IMG/VR virus record: IMGVR_UViG_3300005937_000006
Span: 1-64,000 of that record
Reading direction: 5' to 3' (one strand)
Origin: a virus
Lineage: Duplodnaviria > Caudoviricetes
DNA: 64,000 nt
Shown here: positions 19,139 to 28,903 of the stretch, piece after piece
Layout: every line of letters starts with the position of its first letter
How positions within the stretch are numbered: position 1 is the first letter of the stretch
Translations under genes and position numbers: made by a program
The notes under the pieces: generated by a model
Told to the model about the DNA's origin: nothing
What the model saw: only the letters and a program-made list of their open reading frames with translations
Databases searched by the model: none

Positions 19139-20055
19139 TGCCGGTGCCCACACAGATTGACGAATACTTCACGTTCTTTCATCCTGTCACGAAGGCGGGA
19201 TTGGACCTGAACGATAGCGTCAACTACCGCGTGTTGCAACACGACGGGCTAAGCGGGATTGGCGATTTCGAGCACCTTGCGGTTGGGGTGCCGGAACTCC
19301 AGGGACAGTATTGGTACGATGTCAAACTTGATGCCAAAGTTGTCACGCTAGATATGCGTATCATTGCGCGGACATTCATCGACCTCGAAAATAAGAAGCG
19401 TCAGTTGATGGACTACTTCAACCCGCTGGCCGTCGATCCCAAGCGCGGGCTTGTGCCGATTCTGCGCGTGCGGCAAGCCAATGGCGCAGAGCTTCAGATG
19501 AACTGCGTGCTGCACGAGTCGGCGCCATTGCCGACACAGCAGAACATTGGGCAGTTCAACGCGCGCTACCTATTCCGCTTCCGTACAATAGCCGAGCCGT
19601 ACATGTATGAGGCGCAGCCCCAGGAGATCATCTACTTCATCGGGGCAGCGCCAGGGTTCAGGGTGCCATTCCGCTTGCCGTTGCGCGTGGGCGCCGGGGG
19701 TGTCTATCAACGTCCCGTGCTCAACAACGACGGACATGCACCCTCACCCGTGTACATCGACATCGAAGGGCCATGCGCATCGCCGATCATCGTCAACGAG
19801 ACGACGAATCGGACGATAGCTTTCGAGAACGTAGGCGCACCGCTGACGATTGATGCTGGGCAGCATCTCATCATCGACACTGATCCCTTCCGCCAGAGAG
19901 TCGAAGTCGATGGCACCCCCGTGTGGCAGACGCTATCCAGTGCGGAGTTCTGGCAGGTAGAAGTTGGGTATAACCAACTGCGCATCGAGATGACGGGGAC
20001 GGGAGATGTCACCCGTATGACGATCCACTGGGCACGACGATACCTGGGGATGTAG
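19138..20055 (+). CDS. Distal tail protein (Dit-like)
   Basis: Follows TMP; NDGHAPSPVYIDIEGP..PIIVNET, LIIDTDP and FWQVEVGYNQL motifs. Confidence 0.88.
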   Translation: MPVPTQIDEYFTFFHPVTKAGLDLNDSVNYRVLQHDGLSGIGDFEHLAVGVPELQGQYWYDVKLDAKVVTLDMRIIARTFIDLENKKRQLMDYFNPLAVDPKRGLVPILRVRQANGAELQMNCVLHESAPLPTQQNIGQFNARYLFRFRTIAEPYMYEAQPQEIIYFIGAAPGFRVPFRLPLRVGAGGVYQRPVLNNDGHAPSPVYIDIEGPCASPIIVNETTNRTIAFENVGAPLTIDAGQHLIIDTDPFRQRVEVDGTPVWQTLSSAEFWQVEVGYNQLRIEMTGTGDVTRMTIHWARRYLGM

Positions 20056-20064
20056 GGGGCTACG

Positions 20065-22341
20065 ATGCCGGAGGATAGCCGATTCTTTGAGGGACGCGAC
20101 CACAGCGAGGCCGAGGTCGCGGAAGTCTTTCAGGACTTCTCTGAAGACGGTATCTACCAGCATGCCGATCAGCGCCTCGCCGTCTCCGCTCCGGGCGGGC
20201 TCGTCGTCAACGTTGCGGCCGGGCGCGCCATCGTACAGGGGTTCTGGTATCGCCTGCCTGTTGCCACAGGTGTACCGATCCCATTCAACAACACTGCGTC
20301 GATTCGATATGACCGTGTTGTGCTTCGGCTAGAGCGTGGACCGAATCGCGTTATCCTTGGTCTGCGACTTGGCGCACCGGGTGGCGGTATCCCTGCGCTC
20401 GAACGTGCCATCGGCGGGAACTGGGAGCTGTCGCTTGGCTGGGTGCGTAGCGGGCCAAGCGTCACAAATATCACCGCGAGCGACATCGGGGATGAGCGGA
20501 GCTATGCCAGCGTCTGTGGCTATGCAAACCGCTCCGGCTACATTGGCGCTCCTGCGCTCGATGGGCTCCCAAGTTTCGCCGGGTTCTTCGGGGACTCGAA
20601 TACAGGCTTCCAGAACTACGCCGAAGACGGCATCAATATCATGACCGGCGGCAAAGCGATGGCGACGATCCATTCGAGCGTCGTCTATTTTGGATCGTAT
20701 AACACGCCGGTGATCATTCGCGCAGGAGGCCCAGCCGGCGCTGGCTATGAGCGCATCTACGTCGATGGGACATATATCCTGATTGGACGAGATGGCAGTG
20801 GCGGGAGTACCGGACCGAGTCAGATTGAGCTTGGCACATCCAAATCAGTGACGGCGATCTCGTACGGGCACACGGGCGCAACGTACGCAACACACTACAT
20901 CTATGGGTCTGTCAGCTTTACGCCGCCCCAGACGAACTACTACCTTCCGTTCTACTATACGGAGGGGTACTACACGGGCATTGCCTTCCGTAACAACGGG
21001 TACTACAACCGCGAAGCATACATCCTCTTGAACGGCGGTCTTGGCGGGCAAGGCGACCTGTCGATCTACACCTCAGGCCCGTGGTCAAACCGCCTGATCT
21101 TTGGCGTGCAGGGCGCAGGGAAGATGATCATCGGGCCGAACTCGTTTGCCTTCGGGAATCAGGTCGGGCGGAACTCCGCATACAACTTCCAGGCGCAGTA
21201 CAACCACCCCGACTGGGGGATTCGACTATTCCATACGAACCAGTCACATCATCTCGACTGGTATCCCGATGATACGGGTCGGCATGTCTGGGGGATCAAC
21301 AACACGCCGCAAATGTGGCTGATGACGGGCGGTGTCTTCACGATCGGCTGGGCGCCTAAAGACAGCGGGTTCAACTTCCAGCAGCAGTACAACCATCCGT
21401 TCTGGGGCATTCGCATCTGGCACACCAATGCCGTGCATGCCTTAGATTACTACGCAGATGACAGCGGGCGTCACACCTGGGGGATCAACGGCGTTCCGCA
21501 GATGTGGTTGTTCACGCAAGGGCAGTTCACTATTGGTGGGCCTGCGCCGAAGGGTGCCGGGTTCAACTTCCAGCAGGCATCGAACTTCTCCTACTATGGT
21601 CTGCGCGTGTTCCACACGAATGGGTCGTGGCACAACGACTTCTATACAGACGATGCCGGTCGCCTGCGAGTGGGCTTCAACGATGCGCCCAAGTTCGCAA
21701 TGGCCGCAGACGGCAAGATTACGCTGGGGCCAACGCCGACTGATGTGGCGATGCTGCACATTCCTGCGCAGTTCGCGGATGGCGAGTCGAACGGCATTCG
21801 GTTCACCGCTGGGGGTGCGGCCGGGCGTGTTTGGGTTCACAGCAATGGGATGTTCCATCTCGGGAGTGCCACATGCTACGTAATCGTGCAGCATTCTCCG
21901 TTGGCGTTCACCCCCGGCACAGCAAGCAACGTCGAACTGGGAACGACGACGCTTCCCTGGAATAACCTCTACATCGCTGCGCAGGGGTATAAGGCCGGTG
22001 GTGGCTCCTGGGCTGCACTGTCCGATGAGCGCATGAAGCTCTCGGAGTCGATCCGTCCTTTCACCGATGGGATCGACCGCTTGATGCAGTTCGAGCCTAT
22101 CTGGTTCCGGTACAGCGGCGAGTACAATGTCGCGGCCACAGAGCGTGACTACGTCGGCTTCTCCGCGCAGCGGATGCTCCAGGTCGCGCCAGAGATGGTC
22201 GAGACGCTGTCGATGAAGCGCAACGATGATACCGACGAGGAAGATGTGTATGCCGTTGATACCAGTCCGCTGATCTTCATGCTCCTGAATGCCGTGAAGG
22301 ACATCGAGACGCGACTGCGGGCATTGGAGGGGAGAGCCTAA
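20065..22341 (+). CDS. Tail fibre with baseplate-anchor N-terminus and C-terminal intramolecular chaperone (peptidase S74-like)
   Basis: VNVAAGRAIVQGFWY..RYDRVVLRL N-terminus; three 63-64 aa repeats; WAALSDERMK..GIDRLMQFEPIWFRY. Confidence 0.85.
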   Translation: MPEDSRFFEGRDHSEAEVAEVFQDFSEDGIYQHADQRLAVSAPGGLVVNVAAGRAIVQGFWYRLPVATGVPIPFNNTASIRYDRVVLRLERGPNRVILGLRLGAPGGGIPALERAIGGNWELSLGWVRSGPSVTNITASDIGDERSYASVCGYANRSGYIGAPALDGLPSFAGFFGDSNTGFQNYAEDGINIMTGGKAMATIHSSVVYFGSYNTPVIIRAGGPAGAGYERIYVDGTYILIGRDGSGGSTGPSQIELGTSKSVTAISYGHTGATYATHYIYGSVSFTPPQTNYYLPFYYTEGYYTGIAFRNNGYYNREAYILLNGGLGGQGDLSIYTSGPWSNRLIFGVQGAGKMIIGPNSFAFGNQVGRNSAYNFQAQYNHPDWGIRLFHTNQSHHLDWYPDDTGRHVWGINNTPQMWLMTGGVFTIGWAPKDSGFNFQQQYNHPFWGIRIWHTNAVHALDYYADDSGRHTWGINGVPQMWLFTQGQFTIGGPAPKGAGFNFQQASNFSYYGLRVFHTNGSWHNDFYTDDAGRLRVGFNDAPKFAMAADGKITLGPTPTDVAMLHIPAQFADGESNGIRFTAGGAAGRVWVHSNGMFHLGSATCYVIVQHSPLAFTPGTASNVELGTTTLPWNNLYIAAQGYKAGGGSWAALSDERMKLSESIRPFTDGIDRLMQFEPIWFRYSGEYNVAATERDYVGFSAQRMLQVAPEMVETLSMKRNDDTDEEDVYAVDTSPLIFMLLNAVKDIETRLRALEGRA

Positions 22342-22829
22342 TGGCCGATCTGCGCGAGGTCATCATCGGGAACATCCGCTTTACGATCATGGCAGGCCCA
22401 GATCCCGATGACCGGCAAGTCTCGGTCATGGGCAATGCCACGATCTTCGACCAGAACCTGAATCAGACCCGTGTGTATGTCGGTGATCTTACGTCGAAGA
22501 TGACGAACGCAGATTATCAGATGTGCCAGGGACTCGTTGACAGGTTCATACAGGGCGTGATGCTTGAATACAACATCACCGCTGCAAACATCGCGGAGGG
22601 CGGTGACATCCTAGATGCGCAGGGACAGCCACAGAGCACACCGCAGGGTCAAGCCGCGCCTCAGTCGTTCATGCCGATGGAGGGCGTTGCGCCAATGACA
22701 ACATCGGCACCGGCGCCGCCCCCATCGAACCCCGGCGGCGGTGCAATTGGTGTGCCTTCGACACCCGAGCCGTCCGCGCCTGTTTCCACCGATACTGGCG
22801 ACGGTGAGTTCATCCCGCAAATGCCATAG
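22341..22829 (+). CDS. Hypothetical protein
   Basis: TAATG overlap; P/Q/S-rich C-terminus. Confidence 0.6.
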   Translation: MADLREVIIGNIRFTIMAGPDPDDRQVSVMGNATIFDQNLNQTRVYVGDLTSKMTNADYQMCQGLVDRFIQGVMLEYNITAANIAEGGDILDAQGQPQSTPQGQAAPQSFMPMEGVAPMTTSAPAPPPSNPGGGAIGVPSTPEPSAPVSTDTGDGEFIPQMP

Positions 22830-22842
22830 GAGAGGACACCGT

Positions 22843-23100
22843 ATGACTGCGAATCGTCATCCACATGCAACCGTTGATGGCACGTTCATCCCGCAGGACA
22901 CGCCCACGGAGCCGCCGCCCACGGAGATCAGTGAAGCCGACATGGAGTTGCTGCTGGCATTCCAGCAGGATCTTCAGGCGGCACAGCGGGCCTATGCCAC
23001 GCTGATGAACCAGTATGCTGGCCGCTACCAATTGCGCGAGGGTGATCGCATCGAGATGAGCCGCTCGATCACGCGGAGGGACGATGGCAAACGCGCCTAG
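22843..23100 (+). CDS. Small coiled-coil hypothetical protein
   Basis: RBS ggagagg; start reassigned to ATG 22843. Confidence 0.6.
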   Translation: MTANRHPHATVDGTFIPQDTPTEPPPTEISEADMELLLAFQQDLQAAQRAYATLMNQYAGRYQLREGDRIEMSRSITRRDDGKRA

Positions 23101-23521
23101 TATCAGCACGGCGGCACGCAATGTTGCCTGTGATGCCGTCGTTGACATGTGCGATGCCGGGAATGAAGCTGCCCAGCTTCGCATCTACTCTGGGCCGAAG
23201 CCGGTGACGGTGGATGCTGGACTCTCAGGTAATACACTGCTGGCCCAGTTGACGATGTCCGATCCAGCCTTTGGGTCGGCTACGAACGGGCAGGCTATCG
23301 CCGGTGCCATCGTCTCCGATGCCGCAGCAGATGCATCGGGGACTGCCACGTTCTTCCGCGTTGGGTCGGTGGACAGCGGCGCGTTCACGCCGGTAATTCA
23401 GGGCGAGGTAGGCACCGTGGGCTCCGACCTCAACCTGAACTCAACCGCGATTACCATCGGCGGAACGGTGGCGGTAAGCTCGCTGACGTATACGCAGGCA
23501 CCGGTGCCGCCTGGGCCGTAG
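23084..23521 (+). CDS. Putative minor tail/virion protein
   Basis: ARNVACDAVVD..LRIYSGPKP..LLAQLTMSDPAFG..ASGTATFFRV pattern typical of small phage tail proteins. Confidence 0.65.
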   Translation: MANAPSISTAARNVACDAVVDMCDAGNEAAQLRIYSGPKPVTVDAGLSGNTLLAQLTMSDPAFGSATNGQAIAGAIVSDAAADASGTATFFRVGSVDSGAFTPVIQGEVGTVGSDLNLNSTAITIGGTVAVSSLTYTQAPVPPGP

Positions 23522-23530
23522 GAGGCTAGG

Positions 23531-23971
23531 ATGGTCGTTGTCGCAAAGCTGTACGGCAAGGTCTTCCTCTCTGCCTTCAACAAAGAGATCGATCTTGTCG
23601 ATGACAACATCGCGTGTACGTTGCACGCCGCCGCGTACACGCCCGATCAGGATACCCATCAGTATGTGTCATCGCTAACCAATGAAGTACCCGCATCGGG
23701 CGGATACTCAACAGGCGGGCAGAATCTCGCCAATGACACGCTGACGTATACCGCTGCGACCAACGTCATCATGTATGACGCAGACGATGTCGTCTGGCCC
23801 GGCTCCACGATCACCGCCAGGACAGCGGTCGTCTCGGATCGCACGCCGGGCACCGCTGCGGCACAGCCGTTGATTTGCTACCAGCAGAGCGACGTGGACA
23901 TCGTCTCCAGCGGAGGCGAGTTCAGGGTCGCCTGGAATGCCAGCGGCATCTTCACGGTCACCGTTTCGTAG
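23531..23971 (+). CDS. Putative minor tail/virion protein
   Basis: EIDLVDDNIACTL..YTPDQDTH..NEV..GYSTGG..DADDVVW..TITARTAV pattern. Confidence 0.7.
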   Translation: MVVVAKLYGKVFLSAFNKEIDLVDDNIACTLHAAAYTPDQDTHQYVSSLTNEVPASGGYSTGGQNLANDTLTYTAATNVIMYDADDVVWPGSTITARTAVVSDRTPGTAAAQPLICYQQSDVDIVSSGGEFRVAWNASGIFTVTVS

Positions 23972-23980
23972 GGAGTCCAC

Positions 23981-24247
23981 ATGGAGCAGGATGACACTGC
24001 GGTTGCCGAGCTTGAAGCGCTCCTGGCGATTCCCGGCGCGCTGAAGATCATCACCAATGAACCGAATCCCGATGCGCCCGACAATGCCGATTTACGACTG
24101 CCATCATCGTTCGTCTGCCATGACGTAACGGGCATCACCGGACCGGATGAGCGGGGGCGGTATCTGGCTTCCTCAGCAGAGGGTGATTGGACGTTGGGCT
24201 ATCCCTCTGCACTGCTGTCGCGACTGCGGCAGTGGAGGAGTGGCTAA
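23981..24247 (+). CDS. Hypothetical protein
   Basis: RBS gggag; stop overlaps next ATG. Confidence 0.5.
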   Translation: MEQDDTAVAELEALLAIPGALKIITNEPNPDAPDNADLRLPSSFVCHDVTGITGPDERGRYLASSAEGDWTLGYPSALLSRLRQWRSG

Positions 24248-24906
24248 TGGCCGACAACATCAAAGTGCTCGCGGCCACGGGCGTCTCCGATCCGCCGGTT
24301 GCAACCGATGAGGTGACCATCAATGGCACCCCCGTGCATGTCCAGCGGATCAAGCAAGGCTGGGGCGTCGATGGTACCTGGAATGAGACTGCGGATACCG
24401 ATGGGATTCGCTTTCCTGTGGGTGGCGCGCAGATCGGCGCGATCAATGAATCGGCCCCAGCATCAGACATCGCGAATAGCGGCCTGAATGGGCGGCTGCA
24501 ACGCATCGCACAGAGACTGACGAGCCTGATCGCACTCTTGCCCGCAGCCCTTACGGCAGCAGGCGGGCTCAAGACTGGAACGGTGGAATCCACGCTCGTC
24601 TGTAGTGTTGCGGCAGGTGCGCAGGTAGCTGCCAACGGCATCGATCTGGCAGGGATCAGGACATGGGGCGTCATCGTCCCCACGACATTCGATGGTGCGG
24701 CGATTGGCTTCTCGGTATCCGACACGCTCACTGGAGCGTACTTTCCTGCGTACGACATCACCAATACGATGGTGACCATCCCGGTCGGTCCCGGCCGGTA
24801 TTACGACGTGCCCGGTGAGGTGATGGCGGCGCGCTTCCTCAAGATCACGACCGACGTGAATCAGACCGGCACGTCCACTGACTTCATTGTGATCGCCAAG
24901 TCATGA
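24247..24906 (+). CDS. Putative tail-associated protein
   Basis: TAATG overlap; MADN..VATDEV..QRIKQGWGVDG N-terminus; start reassigned from 24187. Confidence 0.6.
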   Translation: MADNIKVLAATGVSDPPVATDEVTINGTPVHVQRIKQGWGVDGTWNETADTDGIRFPVGGAQIGAINESAPASDIANSGLNGRLQRIAQRLTSLIALLPAALTAAGGLKTGTVESTLVCSVAAGAQVAANGIDLAGIRTWGVIVPTTFDGAAIGFSVSDTLTGAYFPAYDITNTMVTIPVGPGRYYDVPGEVMAARFLKITTDVNQTGTSTDFIVIAKS

Positions 24907-26897
24907 CCGGGAAGCGACATGTAGCCGAACGTAGCCTCAGCTTGCTTCAGGCTGGCGGGGTCGCCAATCGGGGGATGGCGACGAGCACAGGCGCCAGCAT
25001 GGCGATGCAGCAAGCCTCGGGCGGCATGCTGGCGGCGGGCATCGCCGTCCGGACGGCCAGCCGGATCGTCGCCGCGTCGAACGCTTCCACACTGATGAAG
25101 GCGATGGCCGACGCGGTCTGTGACGGCACCGCCGACGAGGTGGAGATCAATGCGGCCCTGACCGCGCTGGGCTGGCTTGGGGGCCGCGTGCTGCTGTCTG
25201 AGGGCACGTTCACGCTGGCTGCGCCGATCATCATGAATGCCGACAAGCAGACGCTCGCCGGGATGGGGCTGGGCGCGACCACGCTTGCAGCGAAGAACGC
25301 GGCCGGCACCCCGCTCGACGTGGCGATCATCCAGATCTCAGGCGCCATAGCCGAGCTTCGCGACCTGACGGTCGATGGCAACAAGGCGAACAACGCCACG
25401 CTCACACACATGATGCTGGTGAGCATGGCATCGCTTAGCGGGAGCGCCTATGTTCAGCGCGTGCGGTTGATCAATAGCGCAGGCACCGGCATGATGGTTG
25501 CCAACACCGTACAGAGCGCTGTTGTGCGTGACTGCCTGATTGAAAGCAATGCCAATGGCGGCATGATCTGCCGATCAGCGTATGCATGCACTCTCGTCGT
25601 TTCCGGCTGCACAGCCAAGAACAATTCGCAGTACGGATTCCTCTGTGATAACGGCTCGGTGATACTCTCCGACTGTCAGGCACTTAGCAGCGGTGCCTAT
25701 GGCTTCGATGTCGCGACAGATGCCGCCGTGATCGTACAGAACTGTCATGCGCAGGGGAATACCTGCGGCTTTCGCGCAGGAGCCGCAAGCGTACTCGCGC
25801 AGTTCCAGGACTGCCGTGCGATCTCCAATACTACTTTAGGATTCCTCTCAGACACCGGTGCAACACGGCCCATGTTCATCGGCTGCACCGCGCAAGGTAC
25901 GGGAACAGGGACCGGCTTTGCTAGTAACGGCAATGACGATCTGATAGTCGGCTGTCATTCAGCGAGTCACGCCAACGGATTTAGCCACAACAGCACCGGG
26001 CGGATGCAGGCCGTTGGATGCCAGAGCATCGCGAATACCGATCGCATCTTTGATGTCACGAACGGGCAGGCGCAGATCCAGGGATGCTACGGTGTCAGCA
26101 GTGCTGCGAGTTCTGGCTACGCCATTGTGATGCAGACGGCCGGCAGTAATCACATGGTGGATGGCTGCCGTATTCGATCCTGGGGTGCGGACGGTATTCT
26201 CTGTGTCGTTCCCAATGTGCAGATCACGAACAATTACACGTCAGATGTCGGGCTCGCAATGAATGGGACGTATCGACATATCGTCACTGGTGGCAATCGA
26301 AGCTTCATCCACGGGAATGTCATGCGCGATCCAGGCTCGGGCAATCGCCCGGCCTATGGCATTTACGTCACTTCGGACTCAACCAACAGCTACGTCGGTG
26401 TGAACGAGATCGCCGGCACCGGCACGGTTAGCTCGTTCCTGGATCAGGGCGTCAATACCAGGCAGACTGTCAAGCAGCAGTTGCTATACAATCAGGCCAT
26501 TGATAGCGCGGCAGGTGCGCTGACGGCTAACACCTGGACGAACATTCATAACCCCGTCTCGTTCCGCGTCGATTCGCCTACCAGCGTGGTTGAGATTACC
26601 GTTCGAGGCTGCGCGCTGGTCGGTATCGGTGGGAGCCATCTCAACTCACGCCTTGCCGTTGACGCAGCAGCCACCCCGATCTATCGGAACTTGGGCGGCG
26701 ATATGGCGCAAGGCAACGGCTATTCTAACGTCCTGGCTGGCGGCGGGCAGTGCGTCAGGTACACGGGGCTTGCTGTCGGGACGCACACCGTCTCAGTACA
26801 GGCACGCTGCCAGACATCAGTCAGCCTGTACTGCCGCTCAGCATCGTATCCGAATAACGAGATGCTCGTCGTGCAGGCAATGGAGTACCAGCGCTAA
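24903..26897 (+). CDS. Tailspike-like right-handed beta-helix protein 1
   Basis: ADAVCDGTADEVEINAAL..GGRVLLSEGTFTL, N/C-laddered beta-helix repeats, C-terminal FRVDS domain. Confidence 0.85.
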   Translation: MTGKRHVAERSLSLLQAGGVANRGMATSTGASMAMQQASGGMLAAGIAVRTASRIVAASNASTLMKAMADAVCDGTADEVEINAALTALGWLGGRVLLSEGTFTLAAPIIMNADKQTLAGMGLGATTLAAKNAAGTPLDVAIIQISGAIAELRDLTVDGNKANNATLTHMMLVSMASLSGSAYVQRVRLINSAGTGMMVANTVQSAVVRDCLIESNANGGMICRSAYACTLVVSGCTAKNNSQYGFLCDNGSVILSDCQALSSGAYGFDVATDAAVIVQNCHAQGNTCGFRAGAASVLAQFQDCRAISNTTLGFLSDTGATRPMFIGCTAQGTGTGTGFASNGNDDLIVGCHSASHANGFSHNSTGRMQAVGCQSIANTDRIFDVTNGQAQIQGCYGVSSAASSGYAIVMQTAGSNHMVDGCRIRSWGADGILCVVPNVQITNNYTSDVGLAMNGTYRHIVTGGNRSFIHGNVMRDPGSGNRPAYGIYVTSDSTNSYVGVNEIAGTGTVSSFLDQGVNTRQTVKQQLLYNQAIDSAAGALTANTWTNIHNPVSFRVDSPTSVVEITVRGCALVGIGGSHLNSRLAVDAAATPIYRNLGGDMAQGNGYSNVLAGGGQCVRYTGLAVGTHTVSVQARCQTSVSLYCRSASYPNNEMLVVQAMEYQR

Positions 26898-28903
26898 TGG
26901 AGATGTACCGCGTCAAGCAGCCTGTTAGCGTGATCGCCCCCGGTGGCGTAGCCGACCGTCTCGCCGGTACGTCCGATGGCCTTGTCATGCAGATGCAGCA
27001 GGCTGCGCTAGCAGCATTAGCCCCAGGAGCTATTGCCGGGCGTGCAGTCACGCTGATGGTTGCAGCTTCCAATGCCTCTACGGCGATGCGCAATGCGGCT
27101 GACTACCGCTGCGACGGTACCGCCGATGATGTGGAGATCAACGCTGCACTGGCAGCGATTGCCACAACGGGCGGGGTTGTGCTGCTGTCCGAAGGGACGT
27201 TCACACTGGCAGCGTCAGTCCAGTTGAACGCCGCTGGGCAGACGCTGGCAGGCTCGGGCATGGCAAGCACGTTACTGCGCATGGTGAATAGCGCATCAAC
27301 CATCAACTGGCTGGTGCAGATCACGCAGAGCTACGGTGTCGTCTGCGACCTGACCGTTGACGGAAATAAAGCCAACAATAGCTCGTCGTTCACCAGTGGT
27401 ATTGGTCTTAGCGGACTGACTGCGCCGTTCATCCAGCGTGTCAGCGTGATCAACTGCACGAGCATCGGCATTGAATGCACAACGACGATTGCCAATGGGC
27501 TGATCCGTGACTCTAACGCGCAAGACTGCGACAGGGAGGGCTATTCGATCCAGGCATCAAGCGGACAGCCTTTCATCATTTCCGGCTGTACCTCGCAGGG
27601 GAATGGGCTCGCAGGTTTCACGCTGAGTGCCGGACCGATCGACCTCAGCGATTGCCAAGCGCTAAACATCATCACAGCGCTGAGTGCTGCCTATGGGTTC
27701 AACATCCCGTTTGCGTCTACGGCTATCGTCACGATGACGAACTGCATGGCCCAGAACTGTGCCTCATATGGGTTCTTCGTCTCTGGCACGACCGCTCGGG
27801 CTCGCTATACGGCATGCCGTTCCATCAACAATACAACATACGGCTTCTACACAGCCGGTATCCAGGTGCAGCATATCGGCTGTGTGGCAGTCAGTACCTA
27901 TGGGTATGGCTTCTGGAATAACTCAGCGGCAGCAGACGCGCTGTACGAGGGGTGCTCGGCCATCGGTAATTTCAACTCCGGCTTCTACCATCAGTCGAGC
28001 AGCGCGAGCTACGTGGGATGTCGGGCCATCGACAATAGCACGGCCGGGTTCGATCTCCAGGGGGGTACAGCGCTCGTCAAGGGTTGTTTCATCTACGGGC
28101 AGGCCGGCTCCGACTACGGCATCAACATGGCGCAGGGTACCCGTCATGTGCTGCATGCCAATCGCATTCAGAACATGGGGCGTAGCGGCATCCTCTCGGC
28201 TACTGTCAACGATGCCCAGATTACGAACAACAACATCTCCGATATCAGTCTTGCAACGAACGCTGGCTACTACCACGTAGAGGTACGGGGCGCCCGCGTG
28301 CACATCGCTGGCAACATGCTGCGTGATCCAGCGGCAGGGAATCGCCCGTCGTACGGCATCAATATCACCGGCTCCGCAGCGAACTGCTTACTGGGTTACA
28401 ACGATACCTCCGGTGTCGGGGTAAATGGCGAGATCATCGATCAGAGTAGCTCGACGCGGCGCATCGTTGAGCTTCAGCTTGACTATGCGCCAACCGCCGA
28501 TCAGACCACGATCCTGATGTCGTCAGCGGTAACATGGTACGACTTCATCCCGGCCCAAACCTTCCGCGTAGACTCGAAGAACAGTCTGATCGTGATCGCC
28601 TGTCGCGGCATGTTGATGGGCGGCTACAACGGCGGCACCGGCGCTACGCAGGTGAAATGCCGATTGGCGGTTGATGGTGGTACGTACTACCAGTATGGCG
28701 GGAATACCACCGATGATGGTTTCACGAATCAGAATGTGCTGGCCGGGGGCAATCCCGTTGTCATCTCTGGGCTCTCTGTTGGTACTCATACCGTCAAGCT
28801 TCAGACATATTCCACCACGGCGAATACCAACGTGTACTGCCGCTCTTCTAGCCAGCTTGACATGGAGACGTTCGGCATGCAGGTCACGGAGTTCTCTCGA
28901 TGA
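26897..28903 (+). CDS. Tailspike-like right-handed beta-helix protein 2
   Basis: Same architecture: ADYRCDGTADDVEINAAL, SEGTFTL, GNRPSYGI, FRVDS. Confidence 0.85.
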   Translation: MEMYRVKQPVSVIAPGGVADRLAGTSDGLVMQMQQAALAALAPGAIAGRAVTLMVAASNASTAMRNAADYRCDGTADDVEINAALAAIATTGGVVLLSEGTFTLAASVQLNAAGQTLAGSGMASTLLRMVNSASTINWLVQITQSYGVVCDLTVDGNKANNSSSFTSGIGLSGLTAPFIQRVSVINCTSIGIECTTTIANGLIRDSNAQDCDREGYSIQASSGQPFIISGCTSQGNGLAGFTLSAGPIDLSDCQALNIITALSAAYGFNIPFASTAIVTMTNCMAQNCASYGFFVSGTTARARYTACRSINNTTYGFYTAGIQVQHIGCVAVSTYGYGFWNNSAAADALYEGCSAIGNFNSGFYHQSSSASYVGCRAIDNSTAGFDLQGGTALVKGCFIYGQAGSDYGINMAQGTRHVLHANRIQNMGRSGILSATVNDAQITNNNISDISLATNAGYYHVEVRGARVHIAGNMLRDPAAGNRPSYGINITGSAANCLLGYNDTSGVGVNGEIIDQSSSTRRIVELQLDYAPTADQTTILMSSAVTWYDFIPAQTFRVDSKNSLIVIACRGMLMGGYNGGTGATQVKCRLAVDGGTYYQYGGNTTDDGFTNQNVLAGGNPVVISGLSVGTHTVKLQTYSTTANTNVYCRSSSQLDMETFGMQVTEFSR

